Under the pieces are notes generated by a model, which ran no database searches, was not told where the DNA came from, and saw only the letters and a program-made list of their open reading frames with translations. Both the position numbers and the translations under genes were made by a program. DNA of 64,000 bases from Vicinamibacterales bacterium (lineage in GTDB: Bacteria; Acidobacteriota; Vicinamibacteria; Vicinamibacterales; UBA8438): positions 1,982,300-2,046,299 of the forward strand of contig OY760136.1 in the NCBI GenBank assembly GCA_963663195.1, given 5' to 3'. This document shows positions 40,873 through 51,759 of this stretch, one piece after another (positions within the stretch are counted from its first letter, which is position 1; each line of letters starts with the position of its first letter).

Positions 40873-41313
40873 CGCCGCCCGTTCAGCGGCAACAATCTTG
40901 TCTACCCGGCGCTGGTGCCGCCCGCCGTCGAACGATTCGGCCAGGAACGCCTCGACGATGGCGAGCGCGTCATTGACCGCAAGGTTGCGGGCGCCGAGCG
41001 TCAGCACGTTGGCGTCGTTGTGCCGCCGCGCCATGCGCGCCGCGTCCGGCGTGGTGATCGGCGCCGCCCGCACGCCGCGGACCTTGTTCGCGGCGATCGC
41101 CATGCCGATCCCGCTGCCGCAGATCAGAATGCCCCGCTCGCACGACCTCGATGCCACGCAGTGGGCCACCGCGGCGGCGTAGTCCGGGTAGTCGACCGAT
41201 GCGTCCGTGTGCGGTCCGAAGTCTTCGTACTCGAGGCGGTGCCGGTCAAGGAGGCGCTTGACCTGCGCCTTGAGATCGACACCGGCATGGTCGGCGCCCA
41301 GCGCGATCCGCAT
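40780..41313 (-). CDS. rpiB: Ribose-5-phosphate isomerase B (RpiB/LacAB family) with a repeat-encoded C-terminal tail
   Basis: MRIALGADHAGVDLK, ICGSGIGMAIAANK, GGRHQRRVDKI. About 28 extra C-terminal residues (PVVSSETQRRTETGEAPDEQYTKSEHVPDR) are read from the family-1 repeat. Confidence 0.88.
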   Translation of the reverse strand: MRIALGADHAGVDLKAQVKRLLDRHRLEYEDFGPHTDASVDYPDYAAAVAHCVASRSCERGILICGSGIGMAIAANKVRGVRAAPITTPDAARMARRHNDANVLTLGARNLAVNDALAIVEAFLAESFDGGRHQRRVDKIVAAERAAPVVSSETQRRTETGEAPDEQYTKSEHVPDR

Positions 41314-41331
41314 CGTCAAATTCTACTATAG

Positions 41332-43164
<1,833 letters not shown>

Positions 43165-43738
43165 CCGCGCGGCCGAATCCGGCCGGCGCAGCCAACCCTC
43201 ACCCCCAACCAGCGGCCGCTCGCGACGGCGGCGCGACCCGCTTGCCCATCTTCTTTTTTGTCTGCTAGTAATCGAGTAGTGGCTGTGCGGCGCACATCGC
43301 GCCGCCGGCGGGGGAGTAATTGAGAGCGACTACCTGCGCGAGAGCACCAAATGACTGGATTTCAAGGCGTAATGCTTCGAGAGCGGCTGGGGAACCGGCC
43401 GCCGGCCCGTGGCCGCAGCGGCCCGCGGCGCTGACGGACGTCCGCGCGGTATCCGGGTGCGACTTCCCGCCCTTGTCCTGTCCAGCGGGTTCCAGGAGAT
43501 CAGTAGTCTGCAGCGGCGGCAGACGAATTTCGGCACTACCGAGAATTGGCTGGACGCTACCTTGTCGGCGGGTTTGGCCTCAGTCAAGACTCCAAGCTGA
43601 CCGAAGTTCACCGAACAAGCGCGGGTCGGGATCGCGCCGGATGGTATCGCGAGTGTGTTGTTGGCGCGAGTTGGCGGCGATGTCCGCACGGGGCATCGGA
43701 TCGAATCACCGTTGACCGGAAGACGAGAGGCGTAGCTA

Positions 43739-46525
43739 GTGGGTCTTGACGGCGCACGGCAACAGGGTAAACGAACGTCTTCGGCCGATATGGCTCGGCG
43801 CCCGGCGGCTGAGGAACGGTCAACGGCCGGCAAGGCCGGCGGCGCGGCAGAAGACGTCGTTGCCAGCGTCGTTCCGTCCTGGTTGCTCAAAGCCAAGGTG
43901 GTCGTGCCGCCGCCGCCAGCCGGATATGTCTTCCGCCCGGCGCTGTTGGAGCGCATCGATGCGGTACTGCAGAGGCGGCTGACCGCGCTGCAGGCCCCGG
44001 CCGGTTTCGGAAAGACAACCGTGCTCGCGGACGTCAGCCAGCGGATCAACGCGCAGGGCCGCGTGGTCGGCTGGCTCACGCTGGACGGCGACGATACACC
44101 GAGCGTGTTCGTAAGCTACATTGCCTACGCATTCGAGTACGCGGGCCTGGATCTATCGAGCGTCGCCGGCCGCGAGGGCTGGTCGTCGTCGCCCATCGCG
44201 CATCAGATCGGGATGCTCGCCCGCGCCATCGAGCGGCACGCTGAGCCATGCCTGCTGGTGCTCGACGAAGTGGAGCGCCTGCCGCGGCACACGGTGGGGT
44301 TGATCGACCTGCTGCTGAAGCGCGCACCGCCGAACCTGCACTTTGCCGCGGCGTTTCGATCCAATCCCGGGTTGGACCTCGCCGCGCATGTTCTCGACGG
44401 CTCCGCCATCATCGTGGGCGCCCCCGAATTCCGTTTCTCCAAGCACGAGATTGCACAGTTCTTCAATGGCGACCTGTCGCGGCGCAAGCTGGCGGCGGTC
44501 GAAAAGCGGACCGCCGGCTGGCCGGTGGCGCTGATGGTCTACCGCAGCATGCAGGTTCGGGAGGCAGGGCGGCCGGGCGCCGACACCGCGAGCCTTACAT
44601 CGAACTTCGTCGGCGTGCACGTGCTGCGAGACCTGTCGGCTGAGGATCGCATGTTCCTGCTCGATCTGGCGGTCTTCGACTGGATCGAGGCGGATCTCGT
44701 TGACGAGGTGTTGGGGTCCAGTGACGCCCGCCTGCGGATAGCCGCGTTGTCGGCGCTGGACGGTCTTCTGCTGTCCAGCGACAGCGACGACGGCGTGCAG
44801 TTCCTGCACCCGCTTGTTCGCGAGTACTGCGTCACGCGCTTCGCGGTGGAGCATGCGGCTCGCAAGCGGACCCTGCATGCCCTCATCGCAGGGGCACTGG
44901 CCCGCCGCGGGCAGCTGACACTGGCCTGGCGCCACGCGAGCGAGGCAGGAGACTCGCGCCTGCTGGGGGGGCTGATTGAGAGCGTAGGAGTGATCGGCTT
45001 GTGGGCGCACGGCGGGAAAAACCAGGTCGTTGCCGCCGATCGATTCCTGACGCCCGAGATCGTGGAGGCGTACCCGCGCCTCGCGCTGCTGCGCTGCGTA
45101 GTCCTCAATCTCTCCCGGAAGCTCGACGAGGCGTCTGCGCTTTACGAAAACGTCGCACGGAGGACGCAGGGCTTCACGCGTGATCGGGACGGCGGCGATG
45201 CGGATGCGTTGACCTTCGACCGGATTTTCACGCAGGCGGTGATGGCGGGCGGCACGTGCCGGCTGGCGCCAAGGGAGCTCGAAGCAACCCTGCCGAAGAG
45301 CGGGACAGTCGCCGGCGACGACGGGCCGTCGTCGTTCATCGCCGCGGTGCTGTACGCCCTGTACAGCGGCGCCAGCTACGAGCGTGCGCGGTTCGAGGAG
45401 AGCCTCCGGTACGGCCTGCGGGCGAAGGCATGCCTCGGCGAGAACGCGCGGTACGGCCATATCTACCTGAGCATCTGCCTGGGCATGGCGGCCATGGCGC
45501 AGGGACGTCTCGCGGAAGCGACCGACTGCTACAGGCGTGCGCGGCAGGGCGCGCGCAAGTTCTTTCCATCCGATTCTTGTCTTGCAGCGACCACCGACAT
45601 CGTGACCATCGAGCTCGATCTCGAGCGGAACCGCGAGAAAGCCCTTCAACAGCGCACGCTGCATGGCATTGCCGAGTTGCGGGCCGGGTGGACCGACATC
45701 CATGCCGCGGCTGTGGCGGTACACGCGGAACTGACGCTCGAACAACACAGCGGCCAGGCCGTCGTCAAGCTGCTGAAACACCTGATCAGCAACGCACCGG
45801 GGATGGGCATCGAGCACCTCTTGCAGTATCTGTCCGCGTTGCTGGCATCCTATCTGGTAGAGAGCGGACACGCTGACGAGGCGGCGTACGTGTGGCGCGA
45901 TTCGAAGCTGCCCGTTGCCGCCTCGGAGCTGGTCGATCTGGATACGCGGTCCTGGAGAACGATGGAGGCGCTGTCAACTGCGCGCGTGCGGCTGCTAATC
46001 GACCAGGGTGATTTCGAATCGGCAGGCGAGATCACGAACGCCGTGTACGGCGCCGCGTCGGCGCATGGCCTTGTGCGCACCGCCATGCGTACCCTGACCC
46101 TGTCGCTGGTTGCCGCCCACCATGCAGGACAGCCGGCCCAGGCGGTCAAGCGGATGGTCGAGTTCATCAACCGTACGCGTGACGTGGACTACATCAGGCC
46201 GTTGGTGCGCCACAGGGATGTCAGCCTGACCGTGCTGCAGCAATTGCTCGACGGAGATCCCGACGACGATCTGCGGGCCGTGGCCGAATCCCTGCTGGCA
46301 AGTCTGGGAAAACGCTCCCCAACGACTGGACCCGAATTCACCTCGCGGGAGCTGGAGATCCTGGGGGAGGTGCGCCGCGGGTGGCGCAACAAGGAAATCG
46401 CGGAGCACCTGGCCATCACCGACGAAGGCGTACGCTACCACCTCAAGAAAATTTACCGGAAGACCGGTCTCTCCGGACGGAATGACGCCGTTCGCTATGC
46501 GTTGAGCAAGGGCGCCCTGACGTGA
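43739..46525 (+). CDS. Large ATP-binding LuxR-family regulator (LAL / MalT-like STAND NTPase + TPR-like region + LuxR HTH)
   Basis: Walker A LQAPAGFGKTTVLADV and Walker B LLVLDEVERL. Long helical middle. C-terminal FTSRELEILGEVRRGWRNKEIAEHLAITDEGVRYHLKKIYRKTGL. Start uncertain (GTG 43739 or ATG 43790). Confidence 0.85.
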   Translation: MGLDGARQQGKRTSSADMARRPAAEERSTAGKAGGAAEDVVASVVPSWLLKAKVVVPPPPAGYVFRPALLERIDAVLQRRLTALQAPAGFGKTTVLADVSQRINAQGRVVGWLTLDGDDTPSVFVSYIAYAFEYAGLDLSSVAGREGWSSSPIAHQIGMLARAIERHAEPCLLVLDEVERLPRHTVGLIDLLLKRAPPNLHFAAAFRSNPGLDLAAHVLDGSAIIVGAPEFRFSKHEIAQFFNGDLSRRKLAAVEKRTAGWPVALMVYRSMQVREAGRPGADTASLTSNFVGVHVLRDLSAEDRMFLLDLAVFDWIEADLVDEVLGSSDARLRIAALSALDGLLLSSDSDDGVQFLHPLVREYCVTRFAVEHAARKRTLHALIAGALARRGQLTLAWRHASEAGDSRLLGGLIESVGVIGLWAHGGKNQVVAADRFLTPEIVEAYPRLALLRCVVLNLSRKLDEASALYENVARRTQGFTRDRDGGDADALTFDRIFTQAVMAGGTCRLAPRELEATLPKSGTVAGDDGPSSFIAAVLYALYSGASYERARFEESLRYGLRAKACLGENARYGHIYLSICLGMAAMAQGRLAEATDCYRRARQGARKFFPSDSCLAATTDIVTIELDLERNREKALQQRTLHGIAELRAGWTDIHAAAVAVHAELTLEQHSGQAVVKLLKHLISNAPGMGIEHLLQYLSALLASYLVESGHADEAAYVWRDSKLPVAASELVDLDTRSWRTMEALSTARVRLLIDQGDFESAGEITNAVYGAASAHGLVRTAMRTLTLSLVAAHHAGQPAQAVKRMVEFINRTRDVDYIRPLVRHRDVSLTVLQQLLDGDPDDDLRAVAESLLASLGKRSPTTGPEFTSRELEILGEVRRGWRNKEIAEHLAITDEGVRYHLKKIYRKTGLSGRNDAVRYALSKGALT

Positions 46526-46528
46526 CGG

Positions 46529-46595
46529 CTGTCGCTCGAAACGTCGCGGCGCCTCGACGTCCTTGCGAGGAACGCTGGTGAGAAATGCGGGCTAG
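46529..46595 (+). repeat. Solo right half of the family-2 element
   Basis: TGTCGCTCGAAACGTCGCGGCGCCTCGACGTCCTTGCGAGGAACGCTGGTGAGAAATGCGGGCTAG aligns with the right ends of 29965-30148 and 51760-52031. Confidence 0.7.
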
Positions 46596-47089
46596 CGTTC
46601 CGCCGTCAGTGGCGGAGCAGGAACAATCTGGATGATGGTGCTGAACCGCTCCGGCCCGGCCTCGCCGCCGGCGTGGAGATAACCCTCGGCACCGTTCCAG
46701 GTATAGTCCTTGATGGTGACGCCGGGCGGGAACGCCATGCTCTCCTCACGAAAACGCCCCACTTCAAAGATGTGGGTGGCCGGCGCATCGAAGACACGGT
46801 CTCCGCGCTCTTCCAACAGCAGTCGGTAGTAGTTGACCATGTCCACGAATGTCGAGCTGGTGCCGAACAGGTAGTAACGCTGACCCCGTCCGGCATCGTA
46901 CGATCGCAGGAAGCGGGCGCTCGGATAGATGGGGAATCCAAGCGATTCCTCGGTCGGGGACTGCTCGGCGACGGCCTGCTCGGCAGCCACCGCGTCCTGC
47001 TGGCCAGCTCGCGCCGGTGCGGCCGGCGCCAGGCAGATGCAGAGCAGCGACAGGATAGCGACCGTGCGGTTCAGAGGCACGAACTCCAT
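46592..47089 (-). CDS. Hypothetical secreted protein
   Basis: ATG 47089 (MEFVPLNRTVAILSLLCICLAPAAPARA signal peptide). About 165 aa, no recognised domain. The stop codon TAG is the terminal CTAG of the repeat. Confidence 0.55.
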   Translation of the reverse strand: MEFVPLNRTVAILSLLCICLAPAAPARAGQQDAVAAEQAVAEQSPTEESLGFPIYPSARFLRSYDAGRGQRYYLFGTSSTFVDMVNYYRLLLEERGDRVFDAPATHIFEVGRFREESMAFPPGVTIKDYTWNGAEGYLHAGGEAGPERFSTIIQIVPAPPLTAER

Positions 47090-47158
47090 TATGCGGGCGG
47101 CGGCAAAGCGGCGCAACCTGCCTCGCTACCGCCGGTCGCCCGCTACAGGGAAGACTGC

Positions 47159-48313
47159 ATGTCAAGCGATGAGATGAGTGAACTGCTGGTGTATTGCACA
47201 TCGCGCCTGGACTGGCTGGTCGAGACGACGACGGCGCTCGCAAGCCTGGAGTCGCCGACGCCGGACAAGGCGGCGGTAGACCGTTGCGGGCGTGAGGTCG
47301 CCGCGCGCATGAGGGCATTGGGCGCCGCCGTCGACGTCCTGCCTTCGGGCGCGACCGGCGACCATCTGCGCGCGGCGTTCGGCAGCGGCGCCGGCCAGAT
47401 ACTGCTGCTCGGCCACATCGACACGGTCTGGCCGGTCGGGCAGATCGAGCGGATGCCGATTCGGCGGGAAGGCGACCGCCTGTACGGCCCGGGCGTTTTC
47501 GACATGAAGGCCGGGGTCGCCATCGGCATGCTGGCCGCCGCTGCGGTCACCCGGGGCCGGGTGGAGCCGGGCAGGCGCGTGGTGATGCTGCTTACCGCCG
47601 ACGAGGAACGCGGGAGCTCTGCGTCGCGGCAGCTGGTCGAGGCGGAGGCGCGCCGCTCCGACGCCGTCTGCGTCCTGGAGCCGGCGCTGCCGGGGGGCGC
47701 CCTGAAGACTCGCCGCAAGGGCGCCGGCGAGTTCGAGCTGGTTGTCAGAGGCGTTGCGGCGCACGCCGGCCTCGAGCCCGAAAAAGGGGCGAGCGCGATA
47801 TCCGAGTTGGCCGTGCAGATTGGCGCCATGGACGCGCTCGCGGATCCGGCCCGTGGCGTCACCGTGAACGTCGGCGCGGTGGAGGGGGGCAGCCGACCGA
47901 ACGTGGTTGCTGAGCGCGCACGCGCCGTGATTGACGTGCGCGTCCAGACCGCAGCCGATGCGGACCGCGTCGAGGCCGCCCTCCGGACGCTGCGGCCGCG
48001 CGACCGTCGCACCTCCCTCGTCCTCGGCGGCGGCTTCAGCCGGCCGCCGCTGGAGCGCACGGCCGGGGTGGCGCGACTGTACGGCATGGCCCGCGAGGTG
48101 GCGCACGCGCTGGGACGCGACCTGGAGGAAGGTGCGGCCGGCGGCGGCTCGGACGGCAACTTCACCGCGGCGCTGGGCGTGCCCACGCTCGACGGTATGG
48201 GAGCGGTCGGCGACGGCGCTCACGCGCTCCACGAGCATGTTGAAGTGGACCAGATGCCGTGGCGCGCCGCGCTGGTCGCCGGCCTGCTGCGGCGCATCGA
48301 CGCGCACTGGTAG
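47159..48313 (+). CDS. M20 family metallopeptidase (carboxypeptidase G2 / glutamate carboxypeptidase-like)
   Basis: ATG 47159. LLLGHIDTVWP, GPGVFDMKAG, LLTADEERGS, GGGSDGN, GDGAHALHEHV. Confidence 0.85.
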   Translation: MSSDEMSELLVYCTSRLDWLVETTTALASLESPTPDKAAVDRCGREVAARMRALGAAVDVLPSGATGDHLRAAFGSGAGQILLLGHIDTVWPVGQIERMPIRREGDRLYGPGVFDMKAGVAIGMLAAAAVTRGRVEPGRRVVMLLTADEERGSSASRQLVEAEARRSDAVCVLEPALPGGALKTRRKGAGEFELVVRGVAAHAGLEPEKGASAISELAVQIGAMDALADPARGVTVNVGAVEGGSRPNVVAERARAVIDVRVQTAADADRVEAALRTLRPRDRRTSLVLGGGFSRPPLERTAGVARLYGMAREVAHALGRDLEEGAAGGGSDGNFTAALGVPTLDGMGAVGDGAHALHEHVEVDQMPWRAALVAGLLRRIDAHW

Positions 48314-48343
48314 AATCAGGAGTAAGACGAACGGACTGCATCC

Positions 48344-49183
48344 ATGGGAAATACTTTCAAGACGGCGTTGCTGTTGACGCTGCTCAGCGGGTTGCTGCTG
48401 CTCATCGGCGACCTGCTCGGCGGACAGATGGGACTGATGATTGCATTCGCGTTCGCGATCATCATGAACTTCGGGTCGTACTGGTTCTCCGACAAGGTCG
48501 TTTTGCGGATGTACAAGGCGGGCGAGGTCGGTCCCGAGCATCCACTGCACCGCCTGACCGCCCGACTCGCGCAGCAGGCCGGTCTGCCGATGCCACGCGT
48601 CTACGTCATCCCGGACGCCTCGCCGAACGCGTTCGCGACGGGACGCAACCCGAACCATGCCGCGGTCGCGGCTACCGAGGGCATCCTGCGCCTGCTGAGC
48701 GAACCTGAGCTAGAGGGCGTTATCGCTCACGAGCTGGCGCACATCAAGCACCGCGACATCCTGATCGGCTCGATTGCCGCGACCGTTGCGGCCACCATCA
48801 TGATGGTCGCCAGCATGGCGCGCTGGGCGTTCATCTTCGGCGGCTTCGGCGGCCGGGACGACCGGGACGACGGGAATCCGCTGGCCATGTTGGCCATGGC
48901 AATCCTGGCGCCGCTGGCGGCGACAATGATTCAGATGGCCATCTCCCGTTCCCGGGAGTTCGCCGCGGACCGCCGCGCTGCGCAGATCGTAGGCAGTCCG
49001 TACGGCCTGGCCGATGCGCTGCGCAAGATCGACGCGGCCGCGCGGCGCGTGCCGCTCGATGCCAATCCGGCCACGGCGCACATGTTCATCATGAAACCGT
49101 TTGCCGGCCGTGGCATGCGGGCGCTGTTCAGCACGCACCCGCCGACCGAGCAGCGCATCGAACGGCTGGTCCAGCCGGCGTAG
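48344..49183 (+). CDS. htpX: Membrane zinc protease HtpX (M48)
   Basis: [10 protein letters not shown] zinc motif, four TM segments, EFAADR. Confidence 0.92.
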   Translation: MGNTFKTALLLTLLSGLLLLIGDLLGGQMGLMIAFAFAIIMNFGSYWFSDKVVLRMYKAGEVGPEHPLHRLTARLAQQAGLPMPRVYVIPDASPNAFATGRNPNHAAVAATEGILRLLSEPELEGVIAHELAHIKHRDILIGSIAATVAATIMMVASMARWAFIFGGFGGRDDRDDGNPLAMLAMAILAPLAATMIQMAISRSREFAADRRAAQIVGSPYGLADALRKIDAAARRVPLDANPATAHMFIMKPFAGRGMRALFSTHPPTEQRIERLVQPA

Positions 49184-50240
49184 TCCGCCGGTCTTTCCAG
49201 TCGAACCGTCGCTGGCGCAACGGGGGCTGTGCCGGGCGGTCGTCCGCCCGCGCGGCGGCTGTCGGTTGCCCGCCTTGTCGCCGAGGCAGTCCGTGGCGCG
49301 CCTGCAATCCGCCCAGCATTGCCTGTACCTGTGCCGCGTAGCGCGGCGCCGGATGCTTGCCGGCGTACAGGCGCCGGTAGCCCGCCGACAACTCGGGGTA
49401 CTCTCGGTTGAGGAATTCGAGAAAGTGGGCGCGGGCGCCCCCCTCCAGATGCAGCAGGCCGCCGCCGACGAATCTCGCGCCATGGTCGGCGACGGCGCGA
49501 ACGGTCGCCTCCAGCTTGGCCGGCGCCGAGCTTATGCCCGGCACGATGGGCGCCATCAGCACCCCGGCGTCGACGCCGGCGGCCGCCAGTTTCGCGAGCG
49601 CGCGCAGCCGTTGCAGCGGATGCGCCGTCCCGGGCTCCAGACGCCTCCAGGCCTCCTCGTCCGTGGTCGGCACGCTGAAGCTGACCGTACAGGCCGCCGT
49701 GCGTGACAGCTCCGCGAGCAGGTCCGTGTCGCGTACGATCAGCGGCCCGCGGGTTACCAGGTCGACGCGCATCGGACGCTCGACGAGCGCTTCCAGGGCG
49801 CGCCGCGTCAGACGGTAGCTGCCCTCGATCGGCTGATACGGATCCGTTGCGGTGCCGAACGCCGCCCGCTCGCCGACCCGCGGTTTGCGTATCAGCTCGC
49901 GCCGCAGCACTTCCGGAAAATTGACCTTGACCAGGATGACGGACGAGAACTCGCTGCCCGCGTCCATTTCGAGCTGCGACTGGTAGCGCCGCGCGAAGCA
50001 GTAGTGGCAGCCGTGGGTGCAACCGCGGTACGGATTGAGCGTCCAGGCGAACGGCATGCCCTGCACCCGGTTGAGCGCGCTGCGGCAGACGACCTCCTGG
50101 TAGGCGGCGCCGTCCCCGCGCCGTGTCGCATCCGGCAGTCCACCGCCGCCGCCCTCCCGGCGCCTGATGGCGACGTCCCGCACGGTCGGCAGCCGTGGTG
50201 CATCGAGCAGCGAAGCGGGTCTCGGGGTAGCCGCGCACAT
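49128..50240 (-). CDS. Radical SAM protein, SplB / Rv2578c-like (COG1533)
   Basis: [16 protein letters not shown] (CxxxCxxC) followed by a TIM-barrel-like region. The low-complexity C-terminal tail overlaps the htpX 3' end by 56 bp. Confidence 0.8.
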   Translation of the reverse strand: MCAATPRPASLLDAPRLPTVRDVAIRRREGGGGGLPDATRRGDGAAYQEVVCRSALNRVQGMPFAWTLNPYRGCTHGCHYCFARRYQSQLEMDAGSEFSSVILVKVNFPEVLRRELIRKPRVGERAAFGTATDPYQPIEGSYRLTRRALEALVERPMRVDLVTRGPLIVRDTDLLAELSRTAACTVSFSVPTTDEEAWRRLEPGTAHPLQRLRALAKLAAAGVDAGVLMAPIVPGISSAPAKLEATVRAVADHGARFVGGGLLHLEGGARAHFLEFLNREYPELSAGYRRLYAGKHPAPRYAAQVQAMLGGLQARHGLPRRQGGQPTAAARADDRPAQPPLRQRRFDWKDRRTTPAGPAVRCAARSAGAC

Positions 50241-50305
50241 ATTTTCGCTTTTTATTCGCTATATCATGCGCGGGAGACGCGGCGGTGTCAAGCGCGTGCT
50301 CTGTC

Positions 50306-51496
50306 TCACTCGGCGGCTGCGACGCTGGACCAGATCGCCAGCGTCCTGTCGGCCGTACGCTGCCAGTCGAAATCGCGTACGCGCGCGGCGCCCCGGGTCC
50401 GCAGGGCGTTTGTCAGGTCCGGTTCGGTGAGCACGCGGGCCAGCGCCCCGGCCCACCCGGCGGCATCGTCGGGCGGGACGAATTCGGCGGCCTCGGCAGC
50501 CACCTCCCTGAACACCGGGATGTCGCTGCAAACGAGCGGTGCCCCCGCGGCCATCGCCTCCACCAGCGGCAGCCCGAACCCTTCGTAGAGGGAGGGGCAG
50601 ACGACGACGGCCGCGCGGTCGTAGAGGCCGCGCAGGACCTCGTCGGGCGTGTAGCCGAGGCGTATCAGCCAGCCCTCGGCGGACGCCCGGTCGAGGTCGT
50701 CTTCGATGGACGCGTGCTGCCAGCCGAGCTTCCCGCACAGCACGAGCGGAGGCGCGTCCTGCATCATGGCCCGCAGCCTGGGCCACGCGGACAGCAGAAT
50801 CGCCACGTTCTTGCGCGGTTCGATCGTGCCTATATGCAGGACGAAGCGGTCGGGCACGGCGGCGGGCAACGCAGCGCGGGAGACCCGCTCGAGCCGGCTG
50901 GCTTCCCACGTGACGTGTACGGCGTTCGGGGCTGCGCCGGATTCGAGAATCTCCATCCGAACGGTCTCCGACGGCGTGAGGATGGCCCGTGCGCGGGCGA
51001 TTGTCCGCTCCAGTTTTTCATCGAGCGCCGCGCGGGTTTCTTCCTGCATCGCCCACGAGGTCCGCAGCAGGGTCATGTCGTGCACCGTTACCACCAGCGG
51101 CCGCCTCGCGAACGCGAGCTGCCACGGCAGGACGAAATTGGGGGCGAACAGCACGCGGTTGCGGTCGGCAGCGACCAGCCACGGCTCGACGCCGCGCAGC
51201 AGCGCCGCCAGCCACGGCCGCCTGACGAGGAGGTCGTCCGGCAGCTCATGCCTGACCCATTCGATGGCGCGCCCGGAGGCGAGCGGCCTGACGGGCTGCG
51301 CAGCATCCGGACGCATGAACATCGAGGGGCCGTAGAGCCTGAGGCGCAGTCCGGGCCGGTCGGCGAGCTGTCGCAACACTTCGTGGAGATACCATCCGAC
51401 GCCGGTCAGCGACTCGTACAGCGGCGAGATGTCCACTGCCACAGTCAGGCCGTCCTCGTGCCGCCGGCGCGAAATGGAGGCCGCGATTTGCCGCAC
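50306..51496 (-). CDS. Family-4 (GT-B) glycosyltransferase
   Basis: VAVDISPLYESLTGVGWY N-terminus; C-terminal EGFGLPLVEAMAAGAPLVCSDIPVFREV (E-x7-E). Start uncertain: GTG 51496, 51442 or 51436, or the maximal ORF start at 51691. Confidence 0.8.
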   Translation of the reverse strand: MRQIAASISRRRHEDGLTVAVDISPLYESLTGVGWYLHEVLRQLADRPGLRLRLYGPSMFMRPDAAQPVRPLASGRAIEWVRHELPDDLLVRRPWLAALLRGVEPWLVAADRNRVLFAPNFVLPWQLAFARRPLVVTVHDMTLLRTSWAMQEETRAALDEKLERTIARARAILTPSETVRMEILESGAAPNAVHVTWEASRLERVSRAALPAAVPDRFVLHIGTIEPRKNVAILLSAWPRLRAMMQDAPPLVLCGKLGWQHASIEDDLDRASAEGWLIRLGYTPDEVLRGLYDRAAVVVCPSLYEGFGLPLVEAMAAGAPLVCSDIPVFREVAAEAAEFVPPDDAAGWAGALARVLTEPDLTNALRTRGAARVRDFDWQRTADRTLAIWSSVAAAE

Positions 51497-51759
51497 CCAG
51501 CGCCAGCTGGCGGCGACCCGGCGCGGAGTGGGCCACGCGAAGGGGAAACCGCTCCGCGCGGCGGCCCGCGCTTTCCTGCCTCCCACGGCAAGCAGTCTCA
51601 AGAGCGAGCGAAATAACCTTGACGACTCCCTGGTTCTGCCGGGACCCGGCGGCGGGAGAGGAAGACGGGGTGGCTCCGCAGGGGGTACCATCGACCAGTG
51701 CGCGCCGGCGGAGAATTGTCCACGCGGGGTGAACGAGGCGCGGATTAGAACGATGTTAC

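Noticed and set aside
43320-43715. 131-aa ORF (and the opposite 249-aa ORF 43330-44079) in the thiC-LAL spacer as a novel small gene.
   Set aside because: Composition is dominated by Arg/Ala/Ser/Pro, with no RBS and no motif. The minus-strand ORF runs into the LAL gene. I treat the region as non-coding pending expression data.
43739-46525. The STAND NTPase as an Avs/NLR-like antiphage defence gene.
   Set aside because: The C-terminus is a canonical LuxR HTH, which is a transcription-factor output. There is no nuclease, TIR, protease or other effector domain, and no neighbouring defence genes. It is best read as a MalT/LAL-type regulator.
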